Below, piece after piece: positions 1-15,865 of a stretch of 64,000 bases of DNA. The position numbers and the translations under genes were made by a program. Under the pieces are notes generated by a model. The model saw only the letters and a list, made by a program, of their open reading frames with translations. It ran no database searches and had not been told where the DNA came from. This DNA comes from the human T2T-CHM13v2.0 reference genome, Homo sapiens. The number at the start of each line of letters is the position of its first letter. Position 1 is the stretch's first letter. Location: assembly GCF_009914755.1 (NCBI RefSeq), contig NC_060935.1. The stretch is one strand, 5' to 3'.

Positions 1-534
1 TGGATCTGATGCTGGTTTTCTTTGACACTTTGTAGAAACTTTCTGAAGCCTCCTAAGAGAATTTGATTCTATTTTCTGCTGTTGTAGCCAACTGGGGACA
101 CCCCAAATACAATTCTCTACTCAAATATTTTTTGACACACAAATTTTATCAATGCAAGCCCAAATGCATATGAATGCCCTCTGGTGGTTATGCGTTTTCA
201 GGGGAGAATTTTTCCCCTTTGTGACACAGCAGAGTTTATTTCATTTTTACCCTTACTCAGTGGTTGTAATTTCATGGAGTATCAGCTTTTTGTAGAGGAT
301 ATTTTTATTATAATCCTCATCTCAAGCATGCCCTAGCCTGTGTATCCTGCCCCCCATAACCTATGCAGCTGCCAAAATGTAGGTTCAAGGTCTCCAGAGT
401 TCAACAAAAACTATCAGGGCAAAAGCTGTCATTGACACTTATGTCCAGGGATTCATAATTTTTACTTCAAGTCTGGAATTGGCATATTTGTTACTTTGGT
501 GGTAACCTGCTGATCTATTTTTTAAATGCCACTT

Positions 535-2305
<1,771 letters not shown>

Positions 2306-4594
2306 TTCCCATTTTATTTTTAAATCTAGTATTGGGACTTTCAGGGTATTTCATCTGCATCCTGCAATAACTCTAAATCAAAAACTATTTATTCATTTAT
2401 TTACAGTAGAATGCCATTAGTGGTCATTCCAAATAACTGAGCTTTTTTCATTTCTAACGATCTATGTCCGGTATAAAAAGACATTTAAAATAAACAATAT
2501 AACAACCATGTAGTCCCCATCCAGCTAAGAAAATAACATAACACAATTATAATAAAGATCTCTGTGTACAATTTCCCAATCACATTTCTTATAATCCATT
2601 TATTCAAAGATGATCAGCATCTTAAATTTATGTTTACCATTCCCATGCATATCTTTATAGCGTTACTGTCATTTCCAACCACCTGCTCTACTATATATCC
2701 TCTCCTATAGAGGCTATACTTTAAATACTTGATGCCCAGCCTCTCTTGAATATCTGAAAAGCCATAAAACACAGTCAGAGCTAATGAGGTATAGTTAAAA
2801 GTCTCTAGCTTGGGTGATCTTTCCGAAATGAAAACGTAAAGACTTGCTATAGGCAATATTTTTGCCCTTCATATTGTTTTCCTTTCCACTTTTTTTTAGC
2901 TTGGAACATAGACAGGAGGCTGAGGTAATGAGTCTTGTCATCATTGGTGACAAGAATGAGGAAGAAGGCTTTTATGCATACCCATGGCAGAGATGAAAGG
3001 TGAAAATAGCCTGAGTACCTGATAGCACTGTTAGACCCTTGTTCCTGGTCAGGATTGCCCACCCAGACCCCTTGTTCCACAAGACAAATACTATGTTTCA
3101 TCACATTCATACCATCGATTATAAGACACATCATTATTCCATATACCACTAAGAAAAGAAAATGCTATTATACAATAATATAATATTTTCTCTTCACATC
3201 AATTGTAAATGATTACCTAATTTTACAAATAAAAAATATGAAAAACTTGTGTTCTTAGAGCCCATGAAATATTTTAAAAACCCTTCTCTGTTTAAACCAC
3301 CATCAGGTGGGATTTCAAATACCTGCGATGAACAGTTTCCTAATTGATACCATTCTGTAATAAACGGACAAATTTAGATTAAGTTAATGTATTTGAAAAC
3401 AGAGAATGAGGAAAATCAGGCTTTCCTGAGAAAGCTGCAGGCTTGTTATATCAGACCTGGGCCAATGTATTGGCAGATGTATTCCTTTCCCTTTTTCTGT
3501 TCTGATCTATAATGCCCTCCTTCAGACTACGTTCCAGCTGAGTTCAGCAAATGAGATACATTTCCTGGAGAGTGAGAGAAGATGAGTGAGGGTGGGGATT
3601 GTATTCCTTCTCCTCCCTCTCTGTCGTAAGTGATGTTTCCATTAACAGCTGAAACTTCTCCCTGGATCTGGCTCCTACCAGACAGGCCAGCCAATGTTGC
3701 AGCATCTGCTTAGTGATCCTGGCTCCTTGTATTTTTGCCCTTGCATCCTAGAAGCTGTAGTGGCTTCTTGCTTTTGTTCATCTCTAAATGGTTCTCACCT
3801 TTCTCTATTTGGCATCTCTGCTGTCTATCACCTGTGCAACCAATTCCTTGCATTAAAATCTCCCTGACACATGAAATATTTGAATTGGTTTTCATTTCTC
3901 TAATTAGAAATCAGTTGAGACTTTTTAAAGAATGTTGAATTCTCAATCCTAAGCTAAAGTTATTGTATACTAAGTCAGAGAGATAGGGATGTTAGCAGGA
4001 GATATGACTGGGACCAGAGAGAATTCTGATTCTCTAGGCCCCTCCCAAGCACCTTATATAATATACTCTCTGAGGAAAGAGACAATTATTCTCAATGTAA
4101 AATGCAACTGGCATGCATCCTGAGGACAGAAGAAAGTTTTTATGTCTCTTCTCCCCCAAGCTGTTGATTCAAAAGCTCAAGGGCAAAATAATTTTTACTC
4201 TTAAGATGTTATCTATACATTTTAGTTTCTCTTCCAAGTAGAACTCATCCTTACCATTATCCTCTTCTCTTTCCACACTGAATGTTTATTGTATACACTG
4301 GAGGTGAATAAACATCTTTTGGGCTTAGGTTGCTGGTCTGTCTTCACTTGGCAAAAGAGTTTACCTCACCTAGCTGTGCTGGTCTAAGAGGTGAATGCAG
4401 CAAACAGATGAGATTTAGATTGTCTCTCTATAGGAAGAAGGTGAGTGTGTTTGGATTATTAGTGAGATTTTGTAATTTAAGATATGGGGAATACAGTGTG
4501 TATGAAAAAAAGGGCAGCCAGAAAAAGGTAGTAAATATTTGTGAGGTTTTTTTTTTTTTACATCGGTTTCTTGTATTTATTTATTTTTTTCCCT

Positions 4595-5065
4595 GACAAT
4601 AACAACCTGATTTTCCTTTGAGAAATTACCCCTTTCTCACCCTCAGCCCATTTGGTTTCGGTGGTATTAATACTACTTCTGCCTACAGGGATAGACATTT
4701 GATTCAGGCCTGGCCAATCAGTACACTGTACCTCCTTGGCCAAAGTGATTGTTCAGGGATGGGCACACACCCTAATTAAAGTCTATGAGACACACAGTTA
4801 GGTCTTTTGAAAGGAAAACATTCACTCTGTTTATGCTGAACATGGACTTATGAGGATGTTAAATCTGGAGGTTGTCAACCACTTTGCCAATATAAGAGAA
4901 GGGCATGCCCAAGGATGGAGACAAGACACAGGGAAGCAAAGGCGAGAGACATAAAGGAACCAATTCTTGACATTGTTGAGCTGCTGTATACAGCCATACC
5001 TAAACTAAATATCTCCCAGAAGTTTTAGTTATGTTAAGCAGTACATTCTTTTTTCTAAGCCTGTT
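4595..5065. mobile_element. Old ERVL/MaLR-type LTR (LTR16/LTR33/MLT1-like)
   Basis: Motifs caggcctggccaatcag, gattgttcagggatgggca, cagccatacct and ttttctaagcc are typical of these families; subfamily uncertain. Confidence 0.55.
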
Positions 5066-5500
5066 GGAGACATGTTTTCTTTCCATCCTTTCTCCCATCC
5101 TTCTATCCTCTTTTTGCTGAAAGAACCCCAAAAGAAGTTTCTATATATGTATGCAGTATTGTATATATTATTTTCTCTTTCCTACCCTTCCTCCTTCCCT
5201 TTTGCTGAAAGAATCCTAAGTATTGTAGAAAGCATTTGTATATTCTTGCACATCCTAGAGCTGAAGATGACTTACATTTGATAAAAGGGAATTTAAGATG
5301 CTATTTATGTAAACAAACAGAAGCTCTCTATTTATATTATTGCATGCAGATCAGCATTTTGGTTTTAAAAACCTAAGCAACAGCATTTTGATTTTAAAAA
5401 TCTAAGGTCAATATGTTTTCTTAATTCTCATGGTACAAGGTTTTAGTTATTTTATTGCTGCCAATGAAGCTGATCCTAGGACACTCCTGGTACTTCATCT

Positions 5501-5846
5501 ATGATATTTGGCTCTGTGTCCCTACCCAAATCTCATCTCAAATAGTAATCTCCATGTGTTGAGAGGGACCTGGTGGGAGGTGATTGGATCATGGGGTGGT
5601 TCCGCCATGCTGTTCTTGTGATAGTGCAGGAGTTCACATGAGATCTGATGGTTTAAAAATGGCAATTTCCACTGTGCATTTTCTCTCCTGCCATCACATA
5701 AGACGTATCTGCTTCCCCATTTGCCTTCCACCATGATCGTAAGTTTCCTGAGGCCTCCCAGCCATACAGCACTGTGAGTCAATTAAGCCTCTTTTCTTTA
5801 TAAATTACCCAGTCTCAGGTAGTATCTTTATAGCAGCACGAGAACA
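5501..5846 (+). mobile_element. THE1 (THE1C/D-like) MaLR solo LTR
   Basis: tgatatttggctctgtgtccctacccaaatctcatc...ataaattacccagtctcaggtagtatctttatagcag. Confidence 0.9.
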
Positions 5847-6395
5847 GGAACTTAAGGATATTAGAAGCTGTTACACTGCCATTTACAAATCACAGAAGTT
5901 CATTAATATATACCCAATGGAGTATATTACTCAAAGTACTGATTTTCTCCTAAAATAAAATTTCTTTATTTTAGAAAGGATGCTAATGAGTCTTTTTTTG
6001 GCTAATTTTCTACTTAGTTTTGGAAGAAAATCTAACACAGGGTTTTAGAGTTGAAAGGGAATAGTGTTATTTCAGCCCCAAACCCTTTTTTTTGGGGTGC
6101 AAAAACAGTCACAGAAATGTAAAAGAGAAATTGTGGATAAAATGGTTAACAATTTGAACAGCCTTTGGCAACTAAAGGTTGGGAAGGAGCTGAGCTTTTC
6201 TCTCTTTCGTACTTACTTTTCCACTCTCAGTTCTACTTCCATGGCTACACAATGGGGTTCATAGATAATTTTGTAATTACACATTTTTCTCTTAATCTGT
6301 ATATACATTATTTATTTTTTTAAAATGTGGATTTTATTTCCTATCTGACCTTCCAGGCTCATTAGAATAGGGACTATATAAAAATGTGAATTTCA

Positions 6396-6717
<322 letters not shown>

Positions 6718-7228
6718 TTATTAATAATGCTAATAACAAAGACAATGTCACATACTTTTTTAGTAGAGGGGAAAGGGATAATGAGAGCTTAACAACATAT
6801 TTAGACAGCAGTGCAGGAGAATTTGGAATGGTTCTTCTTGCCTCCTCTAAAGACCCATCTTACTCTCAACCTCCTTGACTCTCAAGAAGGGCTGTGTAAA
6901 TATGTCCAGTCGGGCTGTGTTTACCTAGCCTGTGTTCACTAGCCGGTCTGACCAAATGCCACACAGCAGGCCAGGCAAATGCCCACAGTGCCTGCGAATT
7001 AGGTTGTATTTCCCTAGTATTTAGTAGATGCCATGCATATAGAATGTTAATACAAACTTTTTAAGTCAACTAAAGAACACTGTGACAAGTCAACATTTCA
7101 CTCGTTCAGAAGCTTCCGAGAGACTAAACTTGCCTTTAAGTACCCATTATTATGAATAGTTTTCAGAACTTTGTATAATGAAGCAACAATATTGTTGATA
7201 ACTGAAAGTATGATTTCATACAGGATAA

Positions 7229-7539
<311 letters not shown>

Positions 7540-8015
7540 ACTTCTGAATTTTTTTAAACAGTTTTTTACACATGAAATTATACGCAATACAACATACTTG
7601 TTTTACAAGTTGAAATCTTTACCGTTATGGTACGTTTACAGTAATGCAGGTAACATTAGCGCATTCACTTAGAGCAGAGTTATTTATCTTCATAGGGCTT
7701 AATACAAAGCCAAGACCGAATTACTTGCTTAAACTGCTTTCTAGTCTTTGACTTAAAACAAAAAAGAAAAATTGCTTCTACCTCCTCTCTATGTCAGGAT
7801 GATAAACAATGCCAACAATTAAGTGGTCTGGTATTTCTAAAAATGGCAGATTGTATTCCAATAGCTCTTAAGTTGTAAATCTTAAGGTTTTAGCTAAATA
7901 TGTCTATCAAATTGTCATTATCTCTGCTTTCAGGAAAATTATGTCACCTTTGGTAATAGGCTGCTAACAAACAAACTACAGACTACACATCATGTTTTCC
8001 CAAAGAATCCTGTAT

Positions 8016-8021
8016 TTTAAT
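8016..8021 (-). terminator. Candidate distal poly(A) signal ATTAAA
   Basis: tttaat on +; the downstream minus-strand sequence is GU/U-rich (tgtagtttgtttgttag). Confidence 0.65.
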
Positions 8022-8617
8022 GAATAGCTGAATAAATAGACATTAATTATGAAATTCACATTAAGATAGAAGAAAATCCAAACATTCTGATTGCTTTATC
8101 TCTTAAATTTGATAACTACTACAAAACATACTATTTATGTTAGGGTAAAAATAAGCTGACTCACAGGAGTGTAACTGGGAAGTGCTGGCAGATATATACA
8201 GTAACATGGAGGAGCCATACAACAAAAGCGTTTATATGTACATCATTTTTTTTCTTTTTGTATGGAGAAATGCTGCCTTATAAAATCGGAAAACACACAG
8301 TAGACTACATGCAACAAGGACCAATACAATGTGCACAGCAGAAGAATCAAATAAGACACAAGAACTATGGGTTTAAAAAAGAATTTGGGAGCAGGACAAA
8401 AAACAAGGATTGAAACCTGGAATGCTTTCTTATTGAGGTTTCAGAATATAAATTTGTCTAACAAGCCTCTTGATAGTTTTCAAAAGTTCCCACTCAACCA
8501 CCTATGGTTTAAGTGTAGAGCTAAAAATAAACCATCATATTATACAAAACTTTGCATATTAGCATACAAAAGGTAGCAATTTACTTTTTGTATAAAATAT
8601 AACCTTTTGATAGTATA

Positions 8618-8623
8618 TTTATT
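8618..8623 (-). terminator. Candidate intermediate poly(A) signal AATAAA (another at 8709-8714)
   Basis: tttatt on + at both positions, inside the UTR. Confidence 0.45.
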
Positions 8624-9688
8624 TCACATATGTATAAATATAACCCAAAGAATATGTTTGAAGTATTTCTACCAAAATATTCTTTACAAAAGTTTACAAA
8701 ACAAGTAATTTATTTATATTTACAAACTAGCACAGGGAAGATTCTGGGCCAGTGATGTTGGTATTGTAAAGAAGGAGAGTGCTTCCAGACATTTTAAAGA
8801 CTGGGAGACAGCTTTGCAGAATTTTCAAAGTGTGTTCTTTTTCTTTGAACAGATATTGAAAGACTTGATTATTAAATAACTTCAGCTAAATTACATTTGA
8901 TATTTGAATATGTGAGCATAGAACTGAAAGGGCTGAAGATAACCTTTGCTCCTCTGTAATTAGGAAAATGATAGTGATATTTTGCATTCATTCCAAATCA
9001 GCACACGTCTTCCCCATTTTACAGCTGATCTGGATGTGGACACTAAGGTTAAATGACTCAACAAAAACTCTTTAATACAGTGCTCAGCCCTGAGGGACAA
9101 AACCTGGATATGAAGAGTCCATCTAGCATGTGGCAATGATTCATCACATCAGGGACAAAAGAACAAACAGAATGCTCCTAACAGACCACATTCCATTTTG
9201 TTGCTCACCCAAATCCAAATAATACGTCCAATGAAGGACAAATTGTTTTCCCTCTTGATTATGCGTTCCTTCAAACTCCGTGAAATACATTTGTACACAC
9301 TGGTACTTGCCATCCCTGGTTCTTATCTCCAACCAAAACATGATATTTTCTAATCTCGGTTTTCTTCTCCAAACTTCCTTTTCTTATAAACCAGCCTCAG
9401 TCATCAAAATGAGTAGGGAGGACGAGGTTCAATTTCACTCAGCTTGGGAACAAACCAGCAGGCATCAATCATAATAAGCAACATCCCAGGTTATTTGTAG
9501 CCAAATAAATCTTATTTATAGCAATGTCCACTGGGTTTTTTAAAAAAGTGAAATCTAATGCAGAGAGGTGTGCACCAATATTTCAGTATGATTAGGACAA
9601 GTCTTTGTTATATCTAAAATTTCATTTGGAATGGATTCAGATATTCGTTGTGGAAGCCAAAATCAAATTGCACAGCTCTATATTTTTG

Positions 9689-9694
9689 TTTAAT
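9689..9694 (-). terminator. Candidate proximal poly(A) signal ATTAAA (AATAAA also at 10017-10022)
   Basis: tttaat on +, about 650 nt after the stop codon. Confidence 0.5.
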
Positions 9695-10344
9695 CACTAG
9701 ACACAGCATCCCACTGAAGTAGAGGATTGTGGGAAAATTGTAAAAGTGAGGAGTGAATATGGGGAAGAAATTCTGTAATCCACTGGATGTTTTCTAGGTT
9801 CTCTGGCTTTTTCTTAATTTGCATACTGTTTGGTTACTCCAAACAAACCTATAACATTTCAATCTATCCTGCAAGCTTCAGGAAAATTAAATGAAAAGAC
9901 ACAATGGAAAGATTAAACCATACCTATCTATTAGAGCAAATTAAGGAGTTTGTTGCTTGGAACTAGTACCTCCTCATGACATGGGGTTTAAATAAACTAC
10001 AAGTTCTATTACCTTTTTTATTTTCCAGGGAAAAAGAAACTTGGGAAGGCTATTTTACACAATTAATTACACATTGACACCACAGTTCTGTTTGGATAAA
10101 TTGGATACTGTATCCTGGAGTTTAGACAGGGAAAAGTGATCCCAATATTTTACTTTCAGGTGTAAGATTTAAAACAAGAATTTGGACCAAAATGTTCATC
10201 ACTGCAGTTACTTTCTGCTTTCCATTTTTAAGCATGTTATCTTCATGTAGTCCACCTGAACATCAACAGTTCAGCCTCTACAGAGTTTCTGTAATATACT
10301 GCCTTTTAGTGCTTGGAGTTTGTAAATTGTCTTCCCTTTCTTCT

Positions 10345-11360
10345 TTAGGAATTGTTCCCCAAGATTTCATCAAGATTGATGTCTTTCATCCAGTCATCAT
10401 TACCAGGCTCTGTCTTCAATAAAGAATCAATGAAATCAGCATCACTGTTTAGGGCAGGGCCCATGTTATCATTTTGTTGGCTGAGGAAGTCAAAAGCTAA
10501 GTCACTGCTGTGGTCAGTTCCTTGAAAAGCCCTGGAACTTTGGTTGGGTGAAGGAAAATTGCTGGGCGTCAGGGATGGTGGCTGGTTGATGCCCGTCCTC
10601 GACTGATTCAACCCTGTTCCTGACTGATTCAAATTAGGCAAAATCTGTGTGCTTAGCTGATTGGGTCTGAGATTCAGACCCCTGAGGGGACCCATGGTTT
10701 GCCCATTTAGTGTTTGGCTCATTTGGTTCATGGGTCTCATTTGCACTGCTGGTGTTAACTGGTTAGGAGGAGCCACTGCCCTCTGGGAAAATTGCTGGCT
10801 ACCTACTGCCTGTTGCAGTGACTGATTTGGGGTATAGGCTGCAGGTGTACCTGTGGGGAAGCGGACTCCTGCAGACGTCAGGGCTTCTTGCTGTTTGCTT
10901 GTTCCTTCTTGAGAGGCCCAGTTTGGTGCAGTTGTGTTGGATGTGATCATTACGTTTGATGTTCTCTGTGGTGGCATGCTTGCCATACTATGGGTTAAAT
11001 TTGGTCTCAATTGTTGTGAATTACCAACAGATCCAGCTCCAAAAGTGGCTACATTGTTATTATTACTTGGCCCTAAGGTAGGTGGCCGTGGCATCATAGG
11101 GTTGTTTTGATTTGCTAACAATTGCTTTGGGTTTCTCTGTTGGGTCAATTGATTCATTCCTGAAGTGACACTGTATGTGTTAGGTTGATTACAAGGCAGA
11201 TTTCCATACATCCCCATATTCTGAACTGCTGTAGATAATGATGGCATTCTTGTCCCGTGAGAAGTAGACAGGAGGCTGGAATTGGGAGTTAAAATGGTGT
11301 GTGTTGAAACTGGGTTTGCCAAAGCCTGGTTAGAGTTTAAGCTTATTGTGGATGAGCCAC
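10345..11360 (-). CDS. MAML2: MAML2 terminal coding exon (exon 5): Q/N/P/S-rich region and acidic C-terminal activation domain
   Basis: ORF 10345..11400 ends in the mastermind-type acidic tail DADFIDSLLKTEPGNDDWMKDINLDEILGNNS*. Acceptor ...ctcag|GTGGC at 11361/11360; TAA at 10345-10347. 1016 nt, and its phase matches the 1 nt left over from the preceding exon. Confidence 0.97.
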
Positions 11361-12240
11361 CTGAGAAAAAGAAGAGAATTTTATTAGTTCGTAGCAGCAT
11401 GTTATCTCCTCTGTAACTGCACTTTTCAATAACTCATCAATCTGAAACTGCTTTCAGGTGTAAGACAATTTAGGCGAAATAATGATCAAATAAATTATAT
11501 AAAAGGAACAAGACAGCTCTTAGGAGGAAGGAGCACCTGAGGTCACTTTTTGGTTCAGAAGTTTACATATTACAAAAAGAAGACTAAAATAGAATAGTTC
11601 TATCTTGTAGGTTTTATTTTATTCCTCTTCTGAAGTCATTGAAGGGAGGTAATAGTCAATCTTCCATTTTGAATTAGCTTTACTATGTTCCAAGTCCAGA
11701 GACTACAGTCTTGATTAGTCAGCTCTCATGAAATCCATGTTACTGTTTACCCCAGGTCCAAATGAGAAAGTGTGGATGAATGCTACACACGGCTCCTAGA
11801 TTAATATTCCCAAACTATGGCCTTGAAAATCATGTCCCATTCTTTGAATCATCCCCATTCAAGAAGCTACCCCAGTGACTCCCCAGTGTTCAAAGGGTAA
11901 ATCTCCATCTCTTTAAACATCTGGAATTCAGTGCTCTAGAAATTATCTCATAAAGAAATTCTTCAGTTCCAGGAGGTGTAGTTACTATCAAATTGTTACT
12001 CAATGCACTGTGAGCCACCTTTGCTTATGGGATTTCCCTTCCTCACTGAGCCCTATATTTTCCTCAAGGTTCAGGCTAAGGCCGAAGCTCCTCCATTAAA
12101 CTTTCTTTTATCTTCCAGCCTCCTCTCTCCAGCAGTATTTGCCCTTCGAATCTTTCATTTAACACTTAGTATTGGGCAATCTGTGGAGTCTCAAAGTGCC
12201 TGCCAGTTAAACTGATGCCTGTCAATAACTGATAGGATAT

Positions 12241-12653
12241 TGACAGAGACCCAGGAGGCAGACAAGGGTCTCCCCCACGCCTTCAAACCTAACACAGCCT
12301 GAAGGCTGAAAAACTGGACTGCTGGTCCTGGATGAAGACCGCTTCCGACTGACTCTTTCTGAATAATGCCCACCTGTGCACTGGGAAGACAGGGTGGAGC
12401 CTTGGGAAGTTCGTGCCATTTGCAGCAGTGAGGAGCCTGGCCTCTCCTGTTCCTGTGTGGTGACCTGGAATTCAATCTGTGAGGTGGGAAACCTGCTAGC
12501 AGGACTCTCTCTCACTTTGCTGAGAGTTATTTTTCCTTTTTGCCGAATAAATTCCATTTTTCCTCATCCTTCCATGTGTCCACGAACCTAATCTTTCCTT
12601 GCCATGTGACGAGAGCCTGGTTTTAGCTGAACTAAGGAGAAAGTTCTGCAACA
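12241..12653 (+). mobile_element. ERV1-class solo LTR (~413 bp)
   Basis: TG...CA ends, 4-bp TSD atat (12237-12240 and 12654-12657), internal aataaa near 12546, LTR-type end agctgaactaaggagaaagttctgcaaca. Confidence 0.8.
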
Positions 12654-14136
12654 ATATGGAACAAGTGCCTAAGCCACAGGCTGTGTAATAAGAGGCTCCA
12701 CACAACAGATAGTGACTAATCAACATATTGAAATCTTCTTGACTTCTGGAGGTTAAAGTCATCACGAGGAAATATTTTTGGAGGCAAAGATGATCAGGGA
12801 GGCCCAGAGAGTCAGAGATTCTGAGAAATACAGAGCTAAATACACATAAGAATATCACAATGTCAGTGGATGGGGAGAGCATGTCTGCAATTGTAAACGT
12901 GGGCTATCCCCTGCTGCTTAAGGATACGTAGGTGGTATACATCCTGAAAAACTGAGGGCCAAATGAACACATTAGCTTTGCTATTTATTTATAAATATGC
13001 CCCCAACTAGACTACATACCCCTTGAAGGCAAGAACAGTCTCTTGTATCTCCTTGTATCTGTGTAGTGCATTGTGTAGTGGGCAGTGTTTGATGAAGAGA
13101 CATAACAGCCAGGTAGGAGACACTTGAACAATAACTGAGATGACATACAATGCCAGTAAGATTCAGCAATATCATCTTTGTATCTGAAAGTTTCATATCA
13201 AGGGAATTTATATTATGAAAATGCTGTGGAAAAAAATGTAGAGGTTTTAAAAATTATCACCTGTAGTCGCCCTGTATTTTAATGATATGGCCTGAGAAGG
13301 TTTATAAGGAAAACAATCTTTTTAAACAACCAGAATAGAGAGAATTTCCACAAAGATCACAAAATAGTAACAGTTAATGTTTAAAAGCTCCTAACAGGTG
13401 ACAGAGACTGTTCCAGGTGCTTTTCATACTCCATTTTTAATATCAAAATCTGGGAAAGGTAATCATTATTGTACCAAGATTAAAATAAAAAATGATTTTA
13501 AAAAGAGTTTGTATTGCGTTTTGTTGCTTATTTCATCATCAGAAGACATGGGAAGCGCAATGCTCTAGAATAATGATTCTGACCCACTTGAGTGTCAGCA
13601 GTTGGATGCTAAGGATTTCTCCCTTAGAAAAACACCAATATTCACTGTGGAAGAGACTGCTAGGTGCCTACCCAATATCCAACCTCTCTATATTCCTTCG
13701 AAACAGAGCTTTGGTTTTAGAAACAGAGCCTTCTTTAGAAACAGAGCAATGTGCTCAGCTGAAAAACCACATTCCCCAAACTTCCTTGTCGATGGGGTGG
13801 GCGGGAGGGTCCAGGTGAATATGTTCTGGCTAAGGGAATCAGATTTCTTTTCTTTCCTCTTCCTACCTGGAATACAGGTATGAGACTAGTGATGTGGTAG
13901 CTACCAGGCAGCCCTTAGGATAGAAGCCACATGCTGAAAGAGATGGAGTGGAAAGATAAAAGATGCTTGAAATCCAGCAAGCCAGCCCTAGACTACTGTG
14001 CCTGGGATCCTTTTATGTGAGTAGGAAAAGAAAAACCTCAATATCCACCTTGAATTGTGTATAGTATTCCAAAGGGCGCCCAGCTTTTTCAAAGCTCGCT
14101 CATAGGCCATGGTATTAAAAAACCATGTTTTAAGTA

Positions 14137-15740
14137 CAGTATGCACTGCATAACAATGTTTGGTCAATGAAGGACTGCATGTATGACAGTGGTCCCATAA
14201 GATTATAGTGGAGCTGAAAAATTCCTATGGCTGTATTTTAGAGGACACTCTAAAATAATTATTAAATGCATTCGCTCACCACTCACTGACACCCAGTGTG
14301 ACTTTCAGTCCTGTAAGCTCCATTCATGGTGAGTGCCCTACACATATGTAACATTTTTTATCTTCCTTTATCATATATAAAAAGCATAGTAAATGTTTTT
14401 ACTATGCTTTCAATAATTATTTTGGAGTGTACTCCTTCTACTTATACAAAAAGTTAACTGTAAAACAGCCTCAGGCAGGTCTTTCAGGAGATATTCCAGA
14501 AGAAGGCATTGTTATCATAGGAGGTGACAGCTCCATGTGTGTTATTGTTCCTGAACACCTTCCAGTGGGTCAAGATGTGGTGGATGACAGTGATATTGAT
14601 GATCCTGACCCTGTGCAGGCCTAGGCTAATGTGTGTTTGTGTGTGTTTGTGTCTTAGTTTAAAAAATAAAAACAAAAAATTTTTAAAAAATTTTAAGTGA
14701 AATAAGCCAGGCACAGAACCATACGTTCTCATCCATATGTGTAAGCTAAGTTGCTCTCATAGAAGTAGAGAATAGAATTGCGGTTTCTAGAGGTGGGGAG
14801 GATGTGGGGAGAAAAAGCTAGACAGAAGATGGTTAATGGATACAAAATTACAGCTAGATAGGAGGAATAAGTCCTGGTGTTTTGTAGCACTCTAGGATGA
14901 CTATAGTTAAGGATAATTTATACTATGTTTTCAAATACCAAGAAGAGGATTTTGAACGTTCCCAACACAAAGAAATGATAAATGTTTGATGTGATGGTTA
15001 TGCTAACAACACTGATCTGGTCATTACACACTGTTTACATACATCAAAATATCCTACTGTACCCCATATATATGAACAATTATATGTCAATTAAAAATAA
15101 TTTAAAAATTGTAAGAAAATAGAAAAAAAGCTTCTAGAATAAGGATATAGAGAAGAAATATTTTTGTACAGCTGTACAATGTGATTGTATTTTAAGCTGT
15201 GTTATCACAAAAGTCAAAAGTTTAAACAATTTAAAAGTTGTAAAGCAAAGCAAAAAAATTAATGTAAAAGTTAATTTATTATTAAAGAAAGAAATTTTTA
15301 AAAATAAGTTTAGTGCAGCCTAAGTGTACAGTGTTTATAAGGTCCACAGTAGTGTACAGTGATGTCCTAGGCCTTTGCATTCACACGCCACTCACTCACT
15401 GACACCCAGTGCAACTTCCAGTCCTGCAAGCTCCATTCACGGTAAGGGCCCTATACAAATGTACCATTTTGTATCTTTTTAATTATATTTTACTGTACCT
15501 TTTCTATGTTTAGATACACACAAACTTACCATTGTGTTATAACTGCCTACAGTAGTCATCACACTAACATGCTGTATAGGTTTGTAGCCTAGAAGCAATC
15601 AGCTATATCATATAGCCTAGGTGTGTAGTGGGCTAGATCATCTAGGTTTGTATAAGTACACTTTATGATGTTTGCACAATGAAATTACCTAACAACGCAA
15701 TTCTCAGAACATACCCCCAACATTAACCAACACATGGCTG
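14137..15740 (+). mobile_element. Tigger3/Golem-family DNA transposon (Tigger3b-like) with nested L1
   Basis: 5' end cagtatgcactgcataacaatgtttggtcaatg...ggtcccataagattata; 3' end ...tctcagaacatacccccaacattaaccaacacatggctg. Confidence 0.85.
14692..15105 (+). mobile_element. L1MA 3' UTR fragment nested in Tigger3
   Basis: ttaagtgaaataagccaggcacaga...cagctagataggaggaataag...cccaacacaaagaaatgataaatgtttga...aattaaaaataa. Confidence 0.85.
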
Positions 15741-15865
15741 GAAACTGCATCTTATCTTTCAGCCTCCTTGAGACAATCAACTAGAGAATCCTGTTTTTGC
15801 TCTGAGGCGAAGTAATCTTAGAGAGTGGAAAACATACATCCCATTCCTAATGTTACTTGTTGTCT

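Larger units (their letters stand above)
7995..10344 (-). other. MAML2: MAML2 3' UTR (long form; distal end approximate)
   Basis: AT-rich sequence with no recognisable repeats, following the TAA. A minus-strand ATTAAA lies at 8016-8021; Alu-containing flank resumes at ~7540. Confidence 0.75.

Noticed and set aside
11361-11400. N-terminal MLLRTNKILFFFS of the 351-aa ORF as a stand-alone gene start
   Set aside because: It is the intronic pyrimidine tract and acceptor of the terminal exon; upstream exons splice in frame at 11360.
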